Source of the DNA: a virus
Taxonomy: Duplodnaviria; Heunggongvirae; Uroviricota; Caudoviricetes
Direction: 5' to 3' (one strand)
Length of the DNA stretch: 64,000 nucleotides
Virus record (IMG/VR): IMGVR_UViG_2795385955_000003
How positions within the stretch are numbered: position 1 is the first letter of the stretch; every line of letters starts with the position of its first letter. Below, piece by piece: positions 35,541-45,552 of this stretch. The notes under the pieces were generated by a model, which was not told where the DNA came from, did no database searches, and saw nothing but the letters and a program-made list of their open reading frames with translations. The position numbers were made by a program, and so were the translations under genes.

Positions 35541-35870
35541 ATGACACTGGTATGGGATGCCGACCACCTACGTAGGGCTGTCGATGAGCTGCGCCACCTT
35601 GAGGACAGCGCGCGCCGCGAACCCAACCTGATTTATTGGTCCGAGCTAAAGCGGATCGCCAAATCGGTTGGTGTCGACACGAATGACCCAGTTACTCGAC
35701 CGCTGGCCCAACTGATTGCCGAGAAGGAACAAACGCAGAAGGTCACCGGAGACGTCGTGCGCTTGTTCGTTGACGTGGTGTGGCGCACCGCTCGGTTGGT
35801 CGAGGGATTGCAGGCTGACATCTATCACATGGCGCGGCCGGTCATTCACGATCAGCCCTACACGGGGTAG
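35541..35870 (+). CDS. hypothetical protein
   Basis: ORF. Confidence 0.4.
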   Translation: MTLVWDADHLRRAVDELRHLEDSARREPNLIYWSELKRIAKSVGVDTNDPVTRPLAQLIAEKEQTQKVTGDVVRLFVDVVWRTARLVEGLQADIYHMARPVIHDQPYTG

Positions 35871-35952
35871 GCCCGACACACCCGTCTGACCTGCGTACGG
35901 GCATGCGCCCGTATCACGTGTTATACATATGTCGTTGGCACCGCTGTGCCTT

Positions 35953-35990
35953 GAACGCCCCCGGTACTCACCCCGGGGGCGTTTCGTTTA
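35953..35990 (+). terminator. strong intrinsic terminator (11-bp GC stem AACGCCCCCGG/CCGGGGGCGTT then TTCGTTTAT)
   Basis: Seen directly downstream of the cargo cassette. Preceded by hairpin tacgggc-atgc-gcccgta at 35897-35914. Confidence 0.55.
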
Positions 35991-36328
35991 TCCGCTTCCC
36001 GACCCGCGCCGCGTCAACCCGGTACCGCTGATACTGCCGGTAAGCGCGCGGCCCCAGGTTCGCCGCGTGCTCGGCGCCGGGGTCACCAGGTACGCCACCA
36101 CATCGCCGCCCGGCCTGTCGGGCGGGTGGTACGCCGATGCCCAGGACGCCCCAACTCCTTGGGGGTGAGGGCGCGCTGCGCCGCGCTGGCGGGAAGCCCC
36201 AAAGGCCGGTGCACCGGGCCGCCATTTGCCCTCGCGTGGAACAAGCTGGGCAGCTATCGCGTCACGGCCGAACGGGTAACTAGGCCCGGTGCACCCCAAA
36301 CACTTTGTTACACAGGGAGATACGCGCA

Positions 36329-36634
36329 ATGGATGATTCCCAAGTCCAGCCCGCTCGGCGTCCATCAAACACACTGATCGACCGCCTGCTGGACAAGCTG
36401 ATCGACCGGGTACTGGACCGCGTATTCGCGCGAATCGGCGAACTTGACGACAAGCTGCCCGTGATCGCCGACGCCGTTACCCGCGCAATCCTGGACCGCA
36501 CTGGCCTCAACAAACTCGACGAACTCGCAAAAACCATTGTGACGGAGCTGCTTTCACGCCTACGCGGTCTCCCGTCCATCCCCTTCAAGTCCCTCTTCCC
36601 CAACTTAGGAGACTCCGATGGCCGCACGCCTTGA
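36329..36634 (+). CDS. hypothetical protein, first gene of late operon
   Basis: ORF with upstream GGTGCACC palindromes. Confidence 0.35.
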   Translation: MDDSQVQPARRPSNTLIDRLLDKLIDRVLDRVFARIGELDDKLPVIADAVTRAILDRTGLNKLDELAKTIVTELLSRLRGLPSIPFKSLFPNLGDSDGRTP

Positions 36635-36962
36635 GATCCGCTTCAACGACCGCGTCATCTACTTGCAGGACGTCGACGAATACACCATCGACACCACTGC
36701 GGAAGGCACAGTAACGCTGGCCGCCATCGAGTCCGGGCATCGCGCCGACCCCGCCACCCCGACCGGCACCGTCATGGACGGCGTCATCAGCCTCGACAAC
36801 CTGCCGCCAGAGTCCGTCGTCATCGCGCCCGACGCCCACCTCAGCGACGTCACCAATCAGGACCCCGAGGTGCTGGAGACCGTGCACACCGGCGAGGCGT
36901 ACACGACCGGCGGCGAGGACGGGACCACAGCCGACACCGGTAAGGGCGCCAAGGGCAAGTGA
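36618..36962 (+). CDS. hypothetical protein
   Basis: RBS aggagac. Confidence 0.4.
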   Translation: MAARLEIRFNDRVIYLQDVDEYTIDTTAEGTVTLAAIESGHRADPATPTGTVMDGVISLDNLPPESVVIAPDAHLSDVTNQDPEVLETVHTGEAYTTGGEDGTTADTGKGAKGK

Positions 36963-37441
36963 GCGCTCTGCCAGAGTCGTTCACGGTCAGCTACGACACC
37001 TGGGCAGGTGTCACCGACCGCCAGACCGACCCGGACAACGAGCCGGACATCCGACCCGTCACCGGCACCATCCTGTTCCGGTACCGGGTGCCGTCCGGCT
37101 GGGCGTTCCGCGCCGCCGAGTACGACCCACGCCCCACCGACTTCGCGCTCGACACCTTCACCGCCCGTCTCGACGAGGGCCGGTTAAAGCAGCTGGATGG
37201 CACGGTCAACGTCAAGCTCATCGCCAACACCCCGCTCCTGGCGTGGGATCAACCGCTGTACATCGACATCAGCTTCTCCAACATCGTGTTCAACCGCGGT
37301 GACCGGTCATGGCGGAACTTCGCCATCGTCGCCCCCACCACCGGTGGTGGGACGGTCAACCTGACGACGGTGCAGCGGTATCCGTTCCTCACGCCGCAGC
37401 AGTACGAGGGCTGGTTCCAGAACCACCCGGCGCCCGTCTGA
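36959..37441 (+). CDS. hypothetical protein
   Basis: ORF coupled. Confidence 0.45.
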   Translation: MSALPESFTVSYDTWAGVTDRQTDPDNEPDIRPVTGTILFRYRVPSGWAFRAAEYDPRPTDFALDTFTARLDEGRLKQLDGTVNVKLIANTPLLAWDQPLYIDISFSNIVFNRGDRSWRNFAIVAPTTGGGTVNLTTVQRYPFLTPQQYEGWFQNHPAPV

Positions 37442-37812
37442 TGCGCGCCGGTGTCGTAGTCGCACGCAGCCGTGAGGACGGCGAGCGGCTGGCCGACCTA
37501 CTGGACCTGACCGGCTGGCAGATCATCACACCGGGGCAGTCGCGTAAGGGGCGCCGCTGCAAGCCCGTGGTGATCACCACCGACCCCGACCTCTTCACCC
37601 CGGACGTCGTGGACACCGTCGCAGGCATGGCGTACCCGGCGTCCCAGCCGCTGACCTTCTACACCCTGCTCCTCACACTGCCCACTCCCGCCGCACCGGC
37701 ACCGCGCGCCCCAGAGGTGTGCGGGCACTGCGGCCAGCAGCTCGGCGGCACATGCCCCGGTTGCCACCGCCGCCAGCACGACCACACCAAGAAGAAGTGC
37801 TACCTGTGCTGA
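37441..37812 (+). CDS. hypothetical protein with C-terminal Cys/His zinc-binding motif
   Basis: CGHCG...CPGCHRRQHDH. Confidence 0.4.
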   Translation: MRAGVVVARSREDGERLADLLDLTGWQIITPGQSRKGRRCKPVVITTDPDLFTPDVVDTVAGMAYPASQPLTFYTLLLTLPTPAAPAPRAPEVCGHCGQQLGGTCPGCHRRQHDHTKKKCYLC

Positions 37813-37906
37813 CCCAGCCCGCCCTCCACGACCCGCTGCTGCGAGCAGTGATCGACGAGGCAGGTCTGACCATGACCTGCAACCTATGGCTCCAAGGAGA
37901 CCCGCC

Positions 37907-38197
37907 ATGTTCCACAGCACCCCCGCCAGTCACGTCGACATCGAGCACCGGTTCAACTACCACCGACCCGATGTCGACCAGGTCACCCGCCACGAGAGCA
38001 TCCGTGGGAAGTGCCGGGACCTGGCGCACGATCTCGACTCGATCCTCCCGCCGGGCCGCGAGAAGTCCCTCGCGTTGACCAAGCTGGAGGAAGTCCTGAT
38101 GTGGGGCAACGCCGCCATCGCCCGCGAGGTCCCGCGGGAGCCGATCGCCAACGCCCACCAGCCCGTCATCCAGGACATCCAGGACCACCACGCGTGA
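37907..38197 (+). CDS. hypothetical protein
   Basis: RBS aaggagac. Confidence 0.4.
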   Translation: MFHSTPASHVDIEHRFNYHRPDVDQVTRHESIRGKCRDLAHDLDSILPPGREKSLALTKLEEVLMWGNAAIAREVPREPIANAHQPVIQDIQDHHA

Positions 38198-38637
38198 CCA
38201 CCGCGGAGCAGGTCCACCAGGATGCCGTCGCTGGCCCGAGGGTCACCGTGGTCACCGTCAGCGGCGACCGCCAGCACGGCAAGACGCACATCCTGCTCGA
38301 CCTCGTCGCCGGTGAGCTTCGGCGCGGCCGGTTGGTGCTGTACGAGACGTCGGATTGGCCCGTGGCACAGGAACACCACCGCAACCTCGTCGACGTCCAT
38401 CTCATGCCGGGCATCGATGTGCTGGAGCGGGTCGGCCGCAGTGCTAACGACCTGTCCGTCCGACACCGCTCCGGCGGCCGGGTCCAGTTCCTGTCCATCG
38501 GACGGAGCCGCAGCGGTGCGCACTACCGGGCCGACACCTACGTGTTCGATGACGTCCCGGTACCGCGGGAGCTGCTGTACGGGCCGCCCGCCCGCATCTA
38601 CCACGCGCCACGCGCCGATGATCGGCCGTTCTGGTGA
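38194..38637 (+). CDS. small P-loop protein
   Basis: Walker A SGDRQHGKT. Confidence 0.4.
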   Translation: MTTAEQVHQDAVAGPRVTVVTVSGDRQHGKTHILLDLVAGELRRGRLVLYETSDWPVAQEHHRNLVDVHLMPGIDVLERVGRSANDLSVRHRSGGRVQFLSIGRSRSGAHYRADTYVFDDVPVPRELLYGPPARIYHAPRADDRPFW

Positions 38638-39065
38638 GCAACCAGCGCACCATCCGCGCCGTCATCCCGGTCCTTCCCGACATGGACATGGACCAGGTGC
38701 TCTGGCACACCCGCGAGTCGATTGAGACCACCGCGGCGGCCGACGGCCTCACCGTTGTCGCGGTCACGTCGGCCGTAATACCGGTCGACGCCCTGCCGAA
38801 GGACCCGAACACCGGGGTGCCGCTCGCAGCCGCCAACCTTGACCGGCCACTCGCCGAGTACACGTTCTGCGAGTTCGTAGCGACCGTGGAGCGACCCGAG
38901 GCTGACACCAGTAACCCCCCATGCGGCTACTGCGGACACCCCTCCCACGCCGACGGCAAGTGCGAGCACCCGGCACCCGACTGGCTCGGCGGCCCAGACG
39001 CCCTGTGCACCAGCTGCCCCGGTGACGCCGACGTCCGCGGCCACAAACCCGTGGGTCTCCACTGA
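38634..39065 (+). CDS. hypothetical Cys-rich protein
   Basis: CGYCGH...CEH...CTSCPG. Confidence 0.4.
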   Translation: MSNQRTIRAVIPVLPDMDMDQVLWHTRESIETTAAADGLTVVAVTSAVIPVDALPKDPNTGVPLAAANLDRPLAEYTFCEFVATVERPEADTSNPPCGYCGHPSHADGKCEHPAPDWLGGPDALCTSCPGDADVRGHKPVGLH

Positions 39066-39370
39066 TGACCGGCCAGCGCGTAGGCGTCGTGATCGACGGC
39101 GTTGTGTACATCGACCACGTAAGTGGCAAGAAATATTCAGGGGTCCACGTCACTGACGGACTTACACCTGATTTAGAACCACCCGCCTGCCCGTCGCGCC
39201 GGTCACCGGACCCACTCGCCCGTGCCCTCGCGCTTATCACCGACGCTCACGACACGGTCCGCTATCTGACCGCGCCCCACTGGAAGCGGCCACTGCTGCG
39301 CATGCTCACCAAATACAAGCATTGCCGCGGTCGAGCACTCCGGCTCCTGCGACCTGGGCGTTACCAGTGA
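39065..39370 (+). CDS. hypothetical protein
   Basis: ORF. Confidence 0.35.
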   Translation: MTGQRVGVVIDGVVYIDHVSGKKYSGVHVTDGLTPDLEPPACPSRRSPDPLARALALITDAHDTVRYLTAPHWKRPLLRMLTKYKHCRGRALRLLRPGRYQ

Positions 39371-39612
39371 AGGAGCAGGTCAACCAGTCGAGCGGTTCCG
39401 TCATCCGTCTGGACGACCACCGCACCCCGCCTACCTCGAACCACCGCTGCATCAAGTGCGGTAGTGAGTGGTTCCGGCTGGACGGCACCCTGGCCGGACC
39501 CGGCGCACCCGCCCACGGAGCCGTGGTCCTGGCCGCGGACGACCGCATCCGCATCACCGGCTACTGCGGCACACCCCGCTGCCTGGAGTGCGGCCACCTG
39601 GTGGCGGTCTAG
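39367..39612 (+). CDS. small zinc-ribbon protein
   Basis: CIKCG...CLECG. Confidence 0.35.
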   Translation: MKEQVNQSSGSVIRLDDHRTPPTSNHRCIKCGSEWFRLDGTLAGPGAPAHGAVVLAADDRIRITGYCGTPRCLECGHLVAV

Positions 39613-40364
39613 TGCTGTACGTAGTGACTGGCCCGCCTGCCGCAGGCAAGTCCACGTGGGTACAGGCCAACGCCCAGCCCGGCGACATCACCATCGACTA
39701 CGACGCCATCGCCAACGTCCTCACCCCGCCCCACGGTGACCCCCACACCCACCCCGAGCACGTGAAGGCCGTAACGAAGGCAGCCCGGCAGGCAGCCATA
39801 GACGCCGCCGTCCTACTGATCGCCACCACCGACGTGTACGTCATCCACTCCACCCCCAGCGAGGCCCTGCTCACCAAGTACCGCGCACTGGGCGCAGAGG
39901 TCGTAACCATCAACCCCGGCAAGGACGTAGTACTCGCCCGCGCCCAGCAGCAGCGGCCCCACAACATCCAGCAGGCAGCACGCCACTGGTACGAGACCCA
40001 CGACGAAGCACCCACCACACCCGTGGACCCCGCCGACGTACCCGGCCTGGACGCAGACGGACGCCCACGCTCCCGCGCCTACCGCAAGCTCGTCACCGAC
40101 TTCCGCACAGCCTGCGCCCACCACACCAACGACGACGGCACCACCGGCGCACCCTGCTGGATCTGCCACCACCCCATCGACTACACCATCACCGACCCCT
40201 ACCACCCCGACGTCTTCAACGCCGACCACGCCGCACCCGTCAAGGAACGCCCCGAGCTGGCCATGGACATCAACAACCTCCGGCCCTCCCACCGCGACTG
40301 CAACCTCAAACGCGGCACCGACGACGCCCACATCGACATCGGTTTGCCCTCAGAGCAGTGGTGA
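39612..40364 (+). CDS. P-loop NTPase/kinase domain fused to HNH endonuclease
   Basis: Walker A GPPAAGKST. C-terminal CWICHH...ADHAAPV...HRDCNLKRG. Located just upstream of the terminase region. Confidence 0.6.
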   Translation: MLYVVTGPPAAGKSTWVQANAQPGDITIDYDAIANVLTPPHGDPHTHPEHVKAVTKAARQAAIDAAVLLIATTDVYVIHSTPSEALLTKYRALGAEVVTINPGKDVVLARAQQQRPHNIQQAARHWYETHDEAPTTPVDPADVPGLDADGRPRSRAYRKLVTDFRTACAHHTNDDGTTGAPCWICHHPIDYTITDPYHPDVFNADHAAPVKERPELAMDINNLRPSHRDCNLKRGTDDAHIDIGLPSEQW

Positions 40365-40544
40365 CGCTGAAACGCCCTGTACGCCCCCCGTGCCACAGAG
40401 GGCCGATGACACCCGACACCCCACAAACGGCCGTCTCAGGGCCAACCAGAGGGGTAAGGGGCCTCCGAAACTTCAAACGCCTAGCCGAGGCCCATGCCGC
40501 CCGGCTTGTGTCCTCCCCCCCCGACGAAAGTTGACGGAATCCAC

Positions 40545-42056
40545 ATGGCCATGACCCCCGAGGACCTGGTCGTCCGAGTGTTTGCTGTAACCGACTTGAG
40601 GACTTTCGCCGGCAATCCGCGCCGGGGCCAGGTCGATGCCATCGTCCAGTCGCTGGCCCGTCATGGCCAGTACCGGCCAATTGTCGTCAATGCGGGCACT
40701 AAGACCGGTCGGCCGATGGAGGTGCTGGCGGGCAACCACACCCTTCTGGCTGCCCGCAAGCTGGGCTGGGACACCATCAGTGCCACGTTGCTGGACGTGT
40801 CCGAGCAGCAGGCCAAGGCCATCGTCGCGGCCGACAACCGTTTGTCCGACCTGGGTGACTACGACACCGCCGAACTGCTGGCGCTCCTGGACGGCCTGGA
40901 CGAGCTGGACGGCACCGGCTACAAGGCGGCCGACCTGGAGGAGCTGGCGGCCGAGCTGACCGTGCCGGACGGAGACGGTGCGGTGTCCGATGCCAAGAGC
41001 ACGCTGGCCTCCCGGTTCGGGGTTCCACCGTTCACGGTGCTCGATGCCAAGCAGGGCGCCTGGAAGCAACGGGTTAAGGCGTGGAAGGCGCTCGGAATCG
41101 CCTCGGCGTCCGGCCGCTCGGTCGATACAGAAGATGGGTCGGATGCCCGCGCTGCAACGGGCATCATGGCGTTCAAGGCGCCTCAGTCGATCTACGCCAA
41201 CTGGTACGAGATCAAGAACGCCGCTGAGAAGAAGATCGGCCGGACGTTGACCACGGCCGAGATCATGGAGCGCTACGGCGACGAGCTGAAGTTCTACGCC
41301 GAGGGCGGCGCCATCTCGGTATTCGACCCGGTGCTCGCCGAGCTGCTGGTGTCGTGGTTCTCACCGGTGGAGGCCGATGTCATCGACCCGTGGTCCGGCG
41401 GCTCGGTCCGGGGTGTCGTATCGGCCGCGCTCGGCCGCAGGTACACCGGCATCGACCTGTCCGGTGACCAGCTGGCGGTAAACGGGGAACAGTGGGCGGT
41501 GGTGGAGCCGCGACTCCCGCAGATGGCCACGACCGTCACGGCACCGCGGTGGATTCAGGGCGACTCTCGCGACGTTCTCAAGACCCTGGATGACGAGTCG
41601 TTCGACATGATGATCGGCTGCCCGCCCTATTACGACTTGGAGCAGTACTCCAAGGACCCGGCCGACCTGTCAGCCATGTCCACGGACGAGTTCGATGCCG
41701 CCTTCATCGAGACCATCGCCGAGGTGGCCCGGGTGCTGCGGCCCGACTCATTCGCGGCACTCGTGGTCGGGTCAGCCCGCGACAAGCGCGGGGACCTACG
41801 CGATATGCGATCCCTGGTTTGCCGCGCGGCCGAGGCCACCGGAATGAAGCTCGCCAACGACGCCGTACTCCTGACCGCCATCGGGTCCAACGCGGCCCGC
41901 GCGGCACGCCCCTTCTCGAAAGGTCGCGCACTGGGCCGGGTGCACCAGGACATCTTGGTGCTGGTGAAGGGCGACCGGATACGGGCTGCACGCCGTTGCG
42001 GGGAGGAAGTCACCTTGATCGCGGAACCGGAGCTGGACGAGGACGGTGAGGATTGA
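40545..42056 (+). CDS. ParB N-domain fused to DNA methyltransferase (N6A/N4C, DPPY motif)
   Basis: N-terminal ParB-like (VVNAGTKTGRPMEVLAGNHTLLAARKLGW). Motif IV IGCPPYYD. AdoMet-binding region. Confidence 0.75.
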   Translation: MAMTPEDLVVRVFAVTDLRTFAGNPRRGQVDAIVQSLARHGQYRPIVVNAGTKTGRPMEVLAGNHTLLAARKLGWDTISATLLDVSEQQAKAIVAADNRLSDLGDYDTAELLALLDGLDELDGTGYKAADLEELAAELTVPDGDGAVSDAKSTLASRFGVPPFTVLDAKQGAWKQRVKAWKALGIASASGRSVDTEDGSDARAATGIMAFKAPQSIYANWYEIKNAAEKKIGRTLTTAEIMERYGDELKFYAEGGAISVFDPVLAELLVSWFSPVEADVIDPWSGGSVRGVVSAALGRRYTGIDLSGDQLAVNGEQWAVVEPRLPQMATTVTAPRWIQGDSRDVLKTLDDESFDMMIGCPPYYDLEQYSKDPADLSAMSTDEFDAAFIETIAEVARVLRPDSFAALVVGSARDKRGDLRDMRSLVCRAAEATGMKLANDAVLLTAIGSNAARAARPFSKGRALGRVHQDILVLVKGDRIRAARRCGEEVTLIAEPELDEDGED

Positions 42057-42505
42057 TGCGGGCTGCCGAGCGCCTGGAGCGGGACATGAAGGCGGTGAGG
42101 CTGTTCATCGCCGGTAAGTCCTTCCGCTCCATCCAGGAGGCGTGCGGCTACAACACCCTGGCCGCCTGCCACAAGGCGGTACGCCGCGAGATGGCGAAGT
42201 CAGAACGGCGCGACCTGCTGCGCGACAAGGCATTCGACGTCTACCTAGAGCGGCTGGAGGCGTTGTGGGCCGCCCACTACCCGCGGGCTGTCGCCGGAGA
42301 CACCCGATCTGCTGAACACTGCCGCCGCGTCGCCCAACAGGAGGCCCGGCTATTCGGGCTTGAGCCTGCCGCCGGAAGCCGGGTCGGCGGAGACCCGCCG
42401 GACCCCGACGGCACCGAAGACGACGAGAGCACCGAGGGCAGCGGCGACGCCACCGGTGACAACGTGAGTGACCTCGACGAGTGGCGTTCTCGACAGAACG
42501 CTTAG
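42056..42505 (+). CDS. putative terminase small subunit
   Basis: Position immediately upstream of terminase large subunit. Acidic C-terminus. Confidence 0.4.
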   Translation: MRAAERLERDMKAVRLFIAGKSFRSIQEACGYNTLAACHKAVRREMAKSERRDLLRDKAFDVYLERLEALWAAHYPRAVAGDTRSAEHCRRVAQQEARLFGLEPAAGSRVGGDPPDPDGTEDDESTEGSGDATGDNVSDLDEWRSRQNA

Positions 42506-44078
42506 GGGGCACACGGTCCCCAGGCTGTTCACGCCACCCCTAGCTGAGCACTGCGACCCCGACCTACCCGAGACCTGCGAATGCGGGTGTGGCCTAAACC
42601 CCGCTACCTCGTGGGGCTTTGGCTGCATCGACTTTCTCGAAAACGTCGTCAACTGGGAACTTCTGCCGTACCAGAAGTGGCTCTACATCCACGCCCTGGA
42701 GAAGGGCGCCAACGGAACCGGATTCAGGTTCCGCACCGTCTGCATTTTGATCGCCCGCCAGAACGGCAAAACCCAGTGGCTGCGCGGCCTCGGCCTCTGG
42801 CGCCTGTACCTCAACAAGACCGGCCGCCCGATGGTCGGGAAGCCACCGGCGGCGAAAACGGTCCTGATCGCCGCGCAGGGCCTGGAGTACGCCGAGGCGA
42901 CGCTGGGCGAAGTCGTCATCAACGTCGACGAATGCCCAGCCCTCAAGCGGGAATTCGTCAAGCACGTACAGACGAACGGCAAGCACCGCATGCTGCTGAC
43001 TGGCCGCCGGTCATGGCGCGCGGTCGCCGCCAACCGCAAGGGCGGCCGTTCCTTCTCCGTCGACCTGGCGCAGCTGGACGAGCTGCGCGAGCACCACGAC
43101 TGGCTGGCCTGGGATGCCATCGTCCCGACCACTACGGCCCGGCCGAACAGCCAAGTTGTCTGCGCATCCAACGCCGGTGACAAGCGCTCCATGGTGCTTC
43201 GTTCTGTCCGGCAGGGCTGCCTAGAAGACATCTACCGGCGGGACACCGACGGCACCAGCACCGGCCTATTCGAGTGGTCGGCGCCGGACGACGCCGAGCC
43301 GAGCAACCGGTCGGTGTGGCCCATGGCCAACCCTGCCCTCGGCTGGCTGCCGGGCCACGACGAGGAGTCACTGGCCGCCAAGTACGAGGCGAAGCGCGGC
43401 GACATCGCCGGATTCAAGACCGAGCACCTATGCCAATGGGTCGACACCTTGTTGCCCGGAATCATCGAGCCCGAGCACTGGGCGGAAACGATGGACCCGG
43501 ACTCACGCAGGGCTGAGGGGGCGCCTGTGTGGGCTGCCGTAGACGTCAACTTCCAACGCTCCCGCGCATATATCGCCATCGCGGCGCGCCGTGCGGACGG
43601 CCTTCTGCACGTCGAGGTCGTGAAGGCCGGACGCGGAACCGACTGGATCATCCCGTGGTTCACCGACTCCACACGCGCCGGAAAGTTCGTCGCAGTGGCT
43701 GTACAGGTCCGCGGTGCGCCAGCCTCCGGGCTGATCGAGGGCATGGAAAAGGCTGAAATCCCGGTGCTGGAGTGGGGCGGCCCGGACCTCGCGAAGGCGT
43801 GCGGCGACTTCTACGACGGCCTGGTGCAACGCGGCATCAAGCACCGGCCCCAGGCAGCACTAGATACCGCCGCCGCATCCGCCGCAGCGAAATCACTAGG
43901 CGACGCATGGGTATTCGACCGCAAGGGAAGCCCAGTCGACGCCTCTCCGCTGGTTGCCTGCGCCGCGGCGGCGTGGGCCGAATCCAAGGGGATACCGGAG
44001 CCAGACCCGGTACCTGAAATCCATGAATGGCCCGACGACGAGGAGATCGCGCGATGGGAACGAGGGGAGTTTGAGTGA
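42468..44078 (+). CDS. terminase large subunit (start uncertain)
   Basis: ATPase plus nuclease architecture. Size and position before portal. Confidence 0.7.
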   Translation: MTSTSGVLDRTLRGHTVPRLFTPPLAEHCDPDLPETCECGCGLNPATSWGFGCIDFLENVVNWELLPYQKWLYIHALEKGANGTGFRFRTVCILIARQNGKTQWLRGLGLWRLYLNKTGRPMVGKPPAAKTVLIAAQGLEYAEATLGEVVINVDECPALKREFVKHVQTNGKHRMLLTGRRSWRAVAANRKGGRSFSVDLAQLDELREHHDWLAWDAIVPTTTARPNSQVVCASNAGDKRSMVLRSVRQGCLEDIYRRDTDGTSTGLFEWSAPDDAEPSNRSVWPMANPALGWLPGHDEESLAAKYEAKRGDIAGFKTEHLCQWVDTLLPGIIEPEHWAETMDPDSRRAEGAPVWAAVDVNFQRSRAYIAIAARRADGLLHVEVVKAGRGTDWIIPWFTDSTRAGKFVAVAVQVRGAPASGLIEGMEKAEIPVLEWGGPDLAKACGDFYDGLVQRGIKHRPQAALDTAAASAAAKSLGDAWVFDRKGSPVDASPLVACAAAAWAESKGIPEPDPVPEIHEWPDDEEIARWERGEFE

Positions 44079-44248
44079 TCAGGTTTGCCGTAGCAACGCT
44101 CGTTGAGCTGCTAGGAATCTTCGCGATTGTCGCTGGCGTATGGGTAATTTACCCCCCAGCAGGGCTAATCGTCACCGGAATAGGTTGTGTAGCAATAGGT
44201 TTAGCAATAGACCCGCCTCCTAGCCGTGAGTGGCGGACTGAGCAGTGA
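44076..44248 (+). CDS. small membrane protein (57 aa), unannotated in ORF track
   Basis: GTG start overlapping terminase stop. Two hydrophobic helices. Stop overlaps portal GTG. Confidence 0.25.
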
Positions 44249-45552
44249 GCTTCCTGTCCCGCATCTTCACCGGCGCACCCGCGGTGGAGGAGCGGGCCAT
44301 CACCAGCTCGTCGTTTGTGCCTACCCCGGCCGAGGACGCCGCGATGAACGGCATGTACGGGTACGGGTCCATGACGCCGACGGGCACCCGCGAGATGCAG
44401 GTCGCCGCCTTCTCTGCCTGCGTAACGCTTCTCGCCGACACCATCGCCGCGCTGCCGCTTGTCGCGTACCGGCGTCAGGGCAAGACCAAGGTGGCCCTCG
44501 ACCCTCAGCCCGTCATCGTCCAACAGCCTTACGTAGAAAACACGATCTTCGACTGGGTCTGGATGCTGGTTGAAGCGCTGGCTGTAACTGGAAACGGGTA
44601 CGGCTACGTAACATCCCGTGGACCCGACGACCGGCCACGTGGCATCATGCCCGTCCATCCCGACTGCATCACAGTGGAGATGCCCGACAAGGACCGGTGG
44701 CCCAACCCCAACTATTACGTTGAGGGCAGCAAGGTCGACCGCTCCGACATCCTCCATATCAAGCGATACCCCATCGCCGGAGCGGCACTCGGACTGTCCC
44801 CCGTGCAACGCGCAGCAGCAGCCGTCGGCATCGCCCTTGCCGCAGAACGATACGGCCTCAACTACTTCCGCGACTCAGCCAATCCCAGCTCCGTCCTTGA
44901 AACAGACCTCGTCCTAGACGCCACCGCAACCAAGAATCTGCAACAGCAATGGATCGCCAGCCATGGCGGCCGTCGCCGCCCCGCGATCCTGTCCGGCGGG
45001 GTGAAGTGGCGTCCAATCGCCATATCGCCCAACGAGTCCCAGTTCCTGGAGACGCGCAAGTACCAGCGCGGCGAGATCGCCATGCTGTTCCGTATCCCGC
45101 CCCACATGATCGGCGACACCGAGAAGACGACCTCATGGGGTACTGGCATCGAGCAGCAGTCCACCGGCTTCGTCCGGTACACCCTGCGCCCCTGGCTCAC
45201 CTGCATTGAGCAGCAACTGTCCGCACTGCTTCCGCGCGGCGTTTTCGTGAAGTTCGACGTCAACGACCTGCTCCGCGGCGACATCAAGTCCCTATGGACG
45301 TCCTACAAGGCCGGTCGCGACGCCGGTGTCTACAGCGTCAACGACATCCGCGAACGCGAGGACATGGAACCCGTGGAGGGCGGTGACATCCGGCTGCAAC
45401 CCACCAACATGGCGCCCCTGGGCTGGACGCCCCCGGACCCACCCGGGACGTCCGAGGCAGAGCCAGAACCAGAGGACGACGAGACCCCCGAAGAAGAACC
45501 GGCCGACGAACCCGACGAGGACGAAGAAGGCACGGGACAGGAGGACCAATGA
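44245..45552 (+). CDS. portal protein (HK97 family)
   Basis: Position after terminase. Acidic C-terminal tail. Confidence 0.7.
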   Translation: MSFLSRIFTGAPAVEERAITSSSFVPTPAEDAAMNGMYGYGSMTPTGTREMQVAAFSACVTLLADTIAALPLVAYRRQGKTKVALDPQPVIVQQPYVENTIFDWVWMLVEALAVTGNGYGYVTSRGPDDRPRGIMPVHPDCITVEMPDKDRWPNPNYYVEGSKVDRSDILHIKRYPIAGAALGLSPVQRAAAAVGIALAAERYGLNYFRDSANPSSVLETDLVLDATATKNLQQQWIASHGGRRRPAILSGGVKWRPIAISPNESQFLETRKYQRGEIAMLFRIPPHMIGDTEKTTSWGTGIEQQSTGFVRYTLRPWLTCIEQQLSALLPRGVFVKFDVNDLLRGDIKSLWTSYKAGRDAGVYSVNDIREREDMEPVEGGDIRLQPTNMAPLGWTPPDPPGTSEAEPEPEDDETPEEEPADEPDEDEEGTGQEDQ

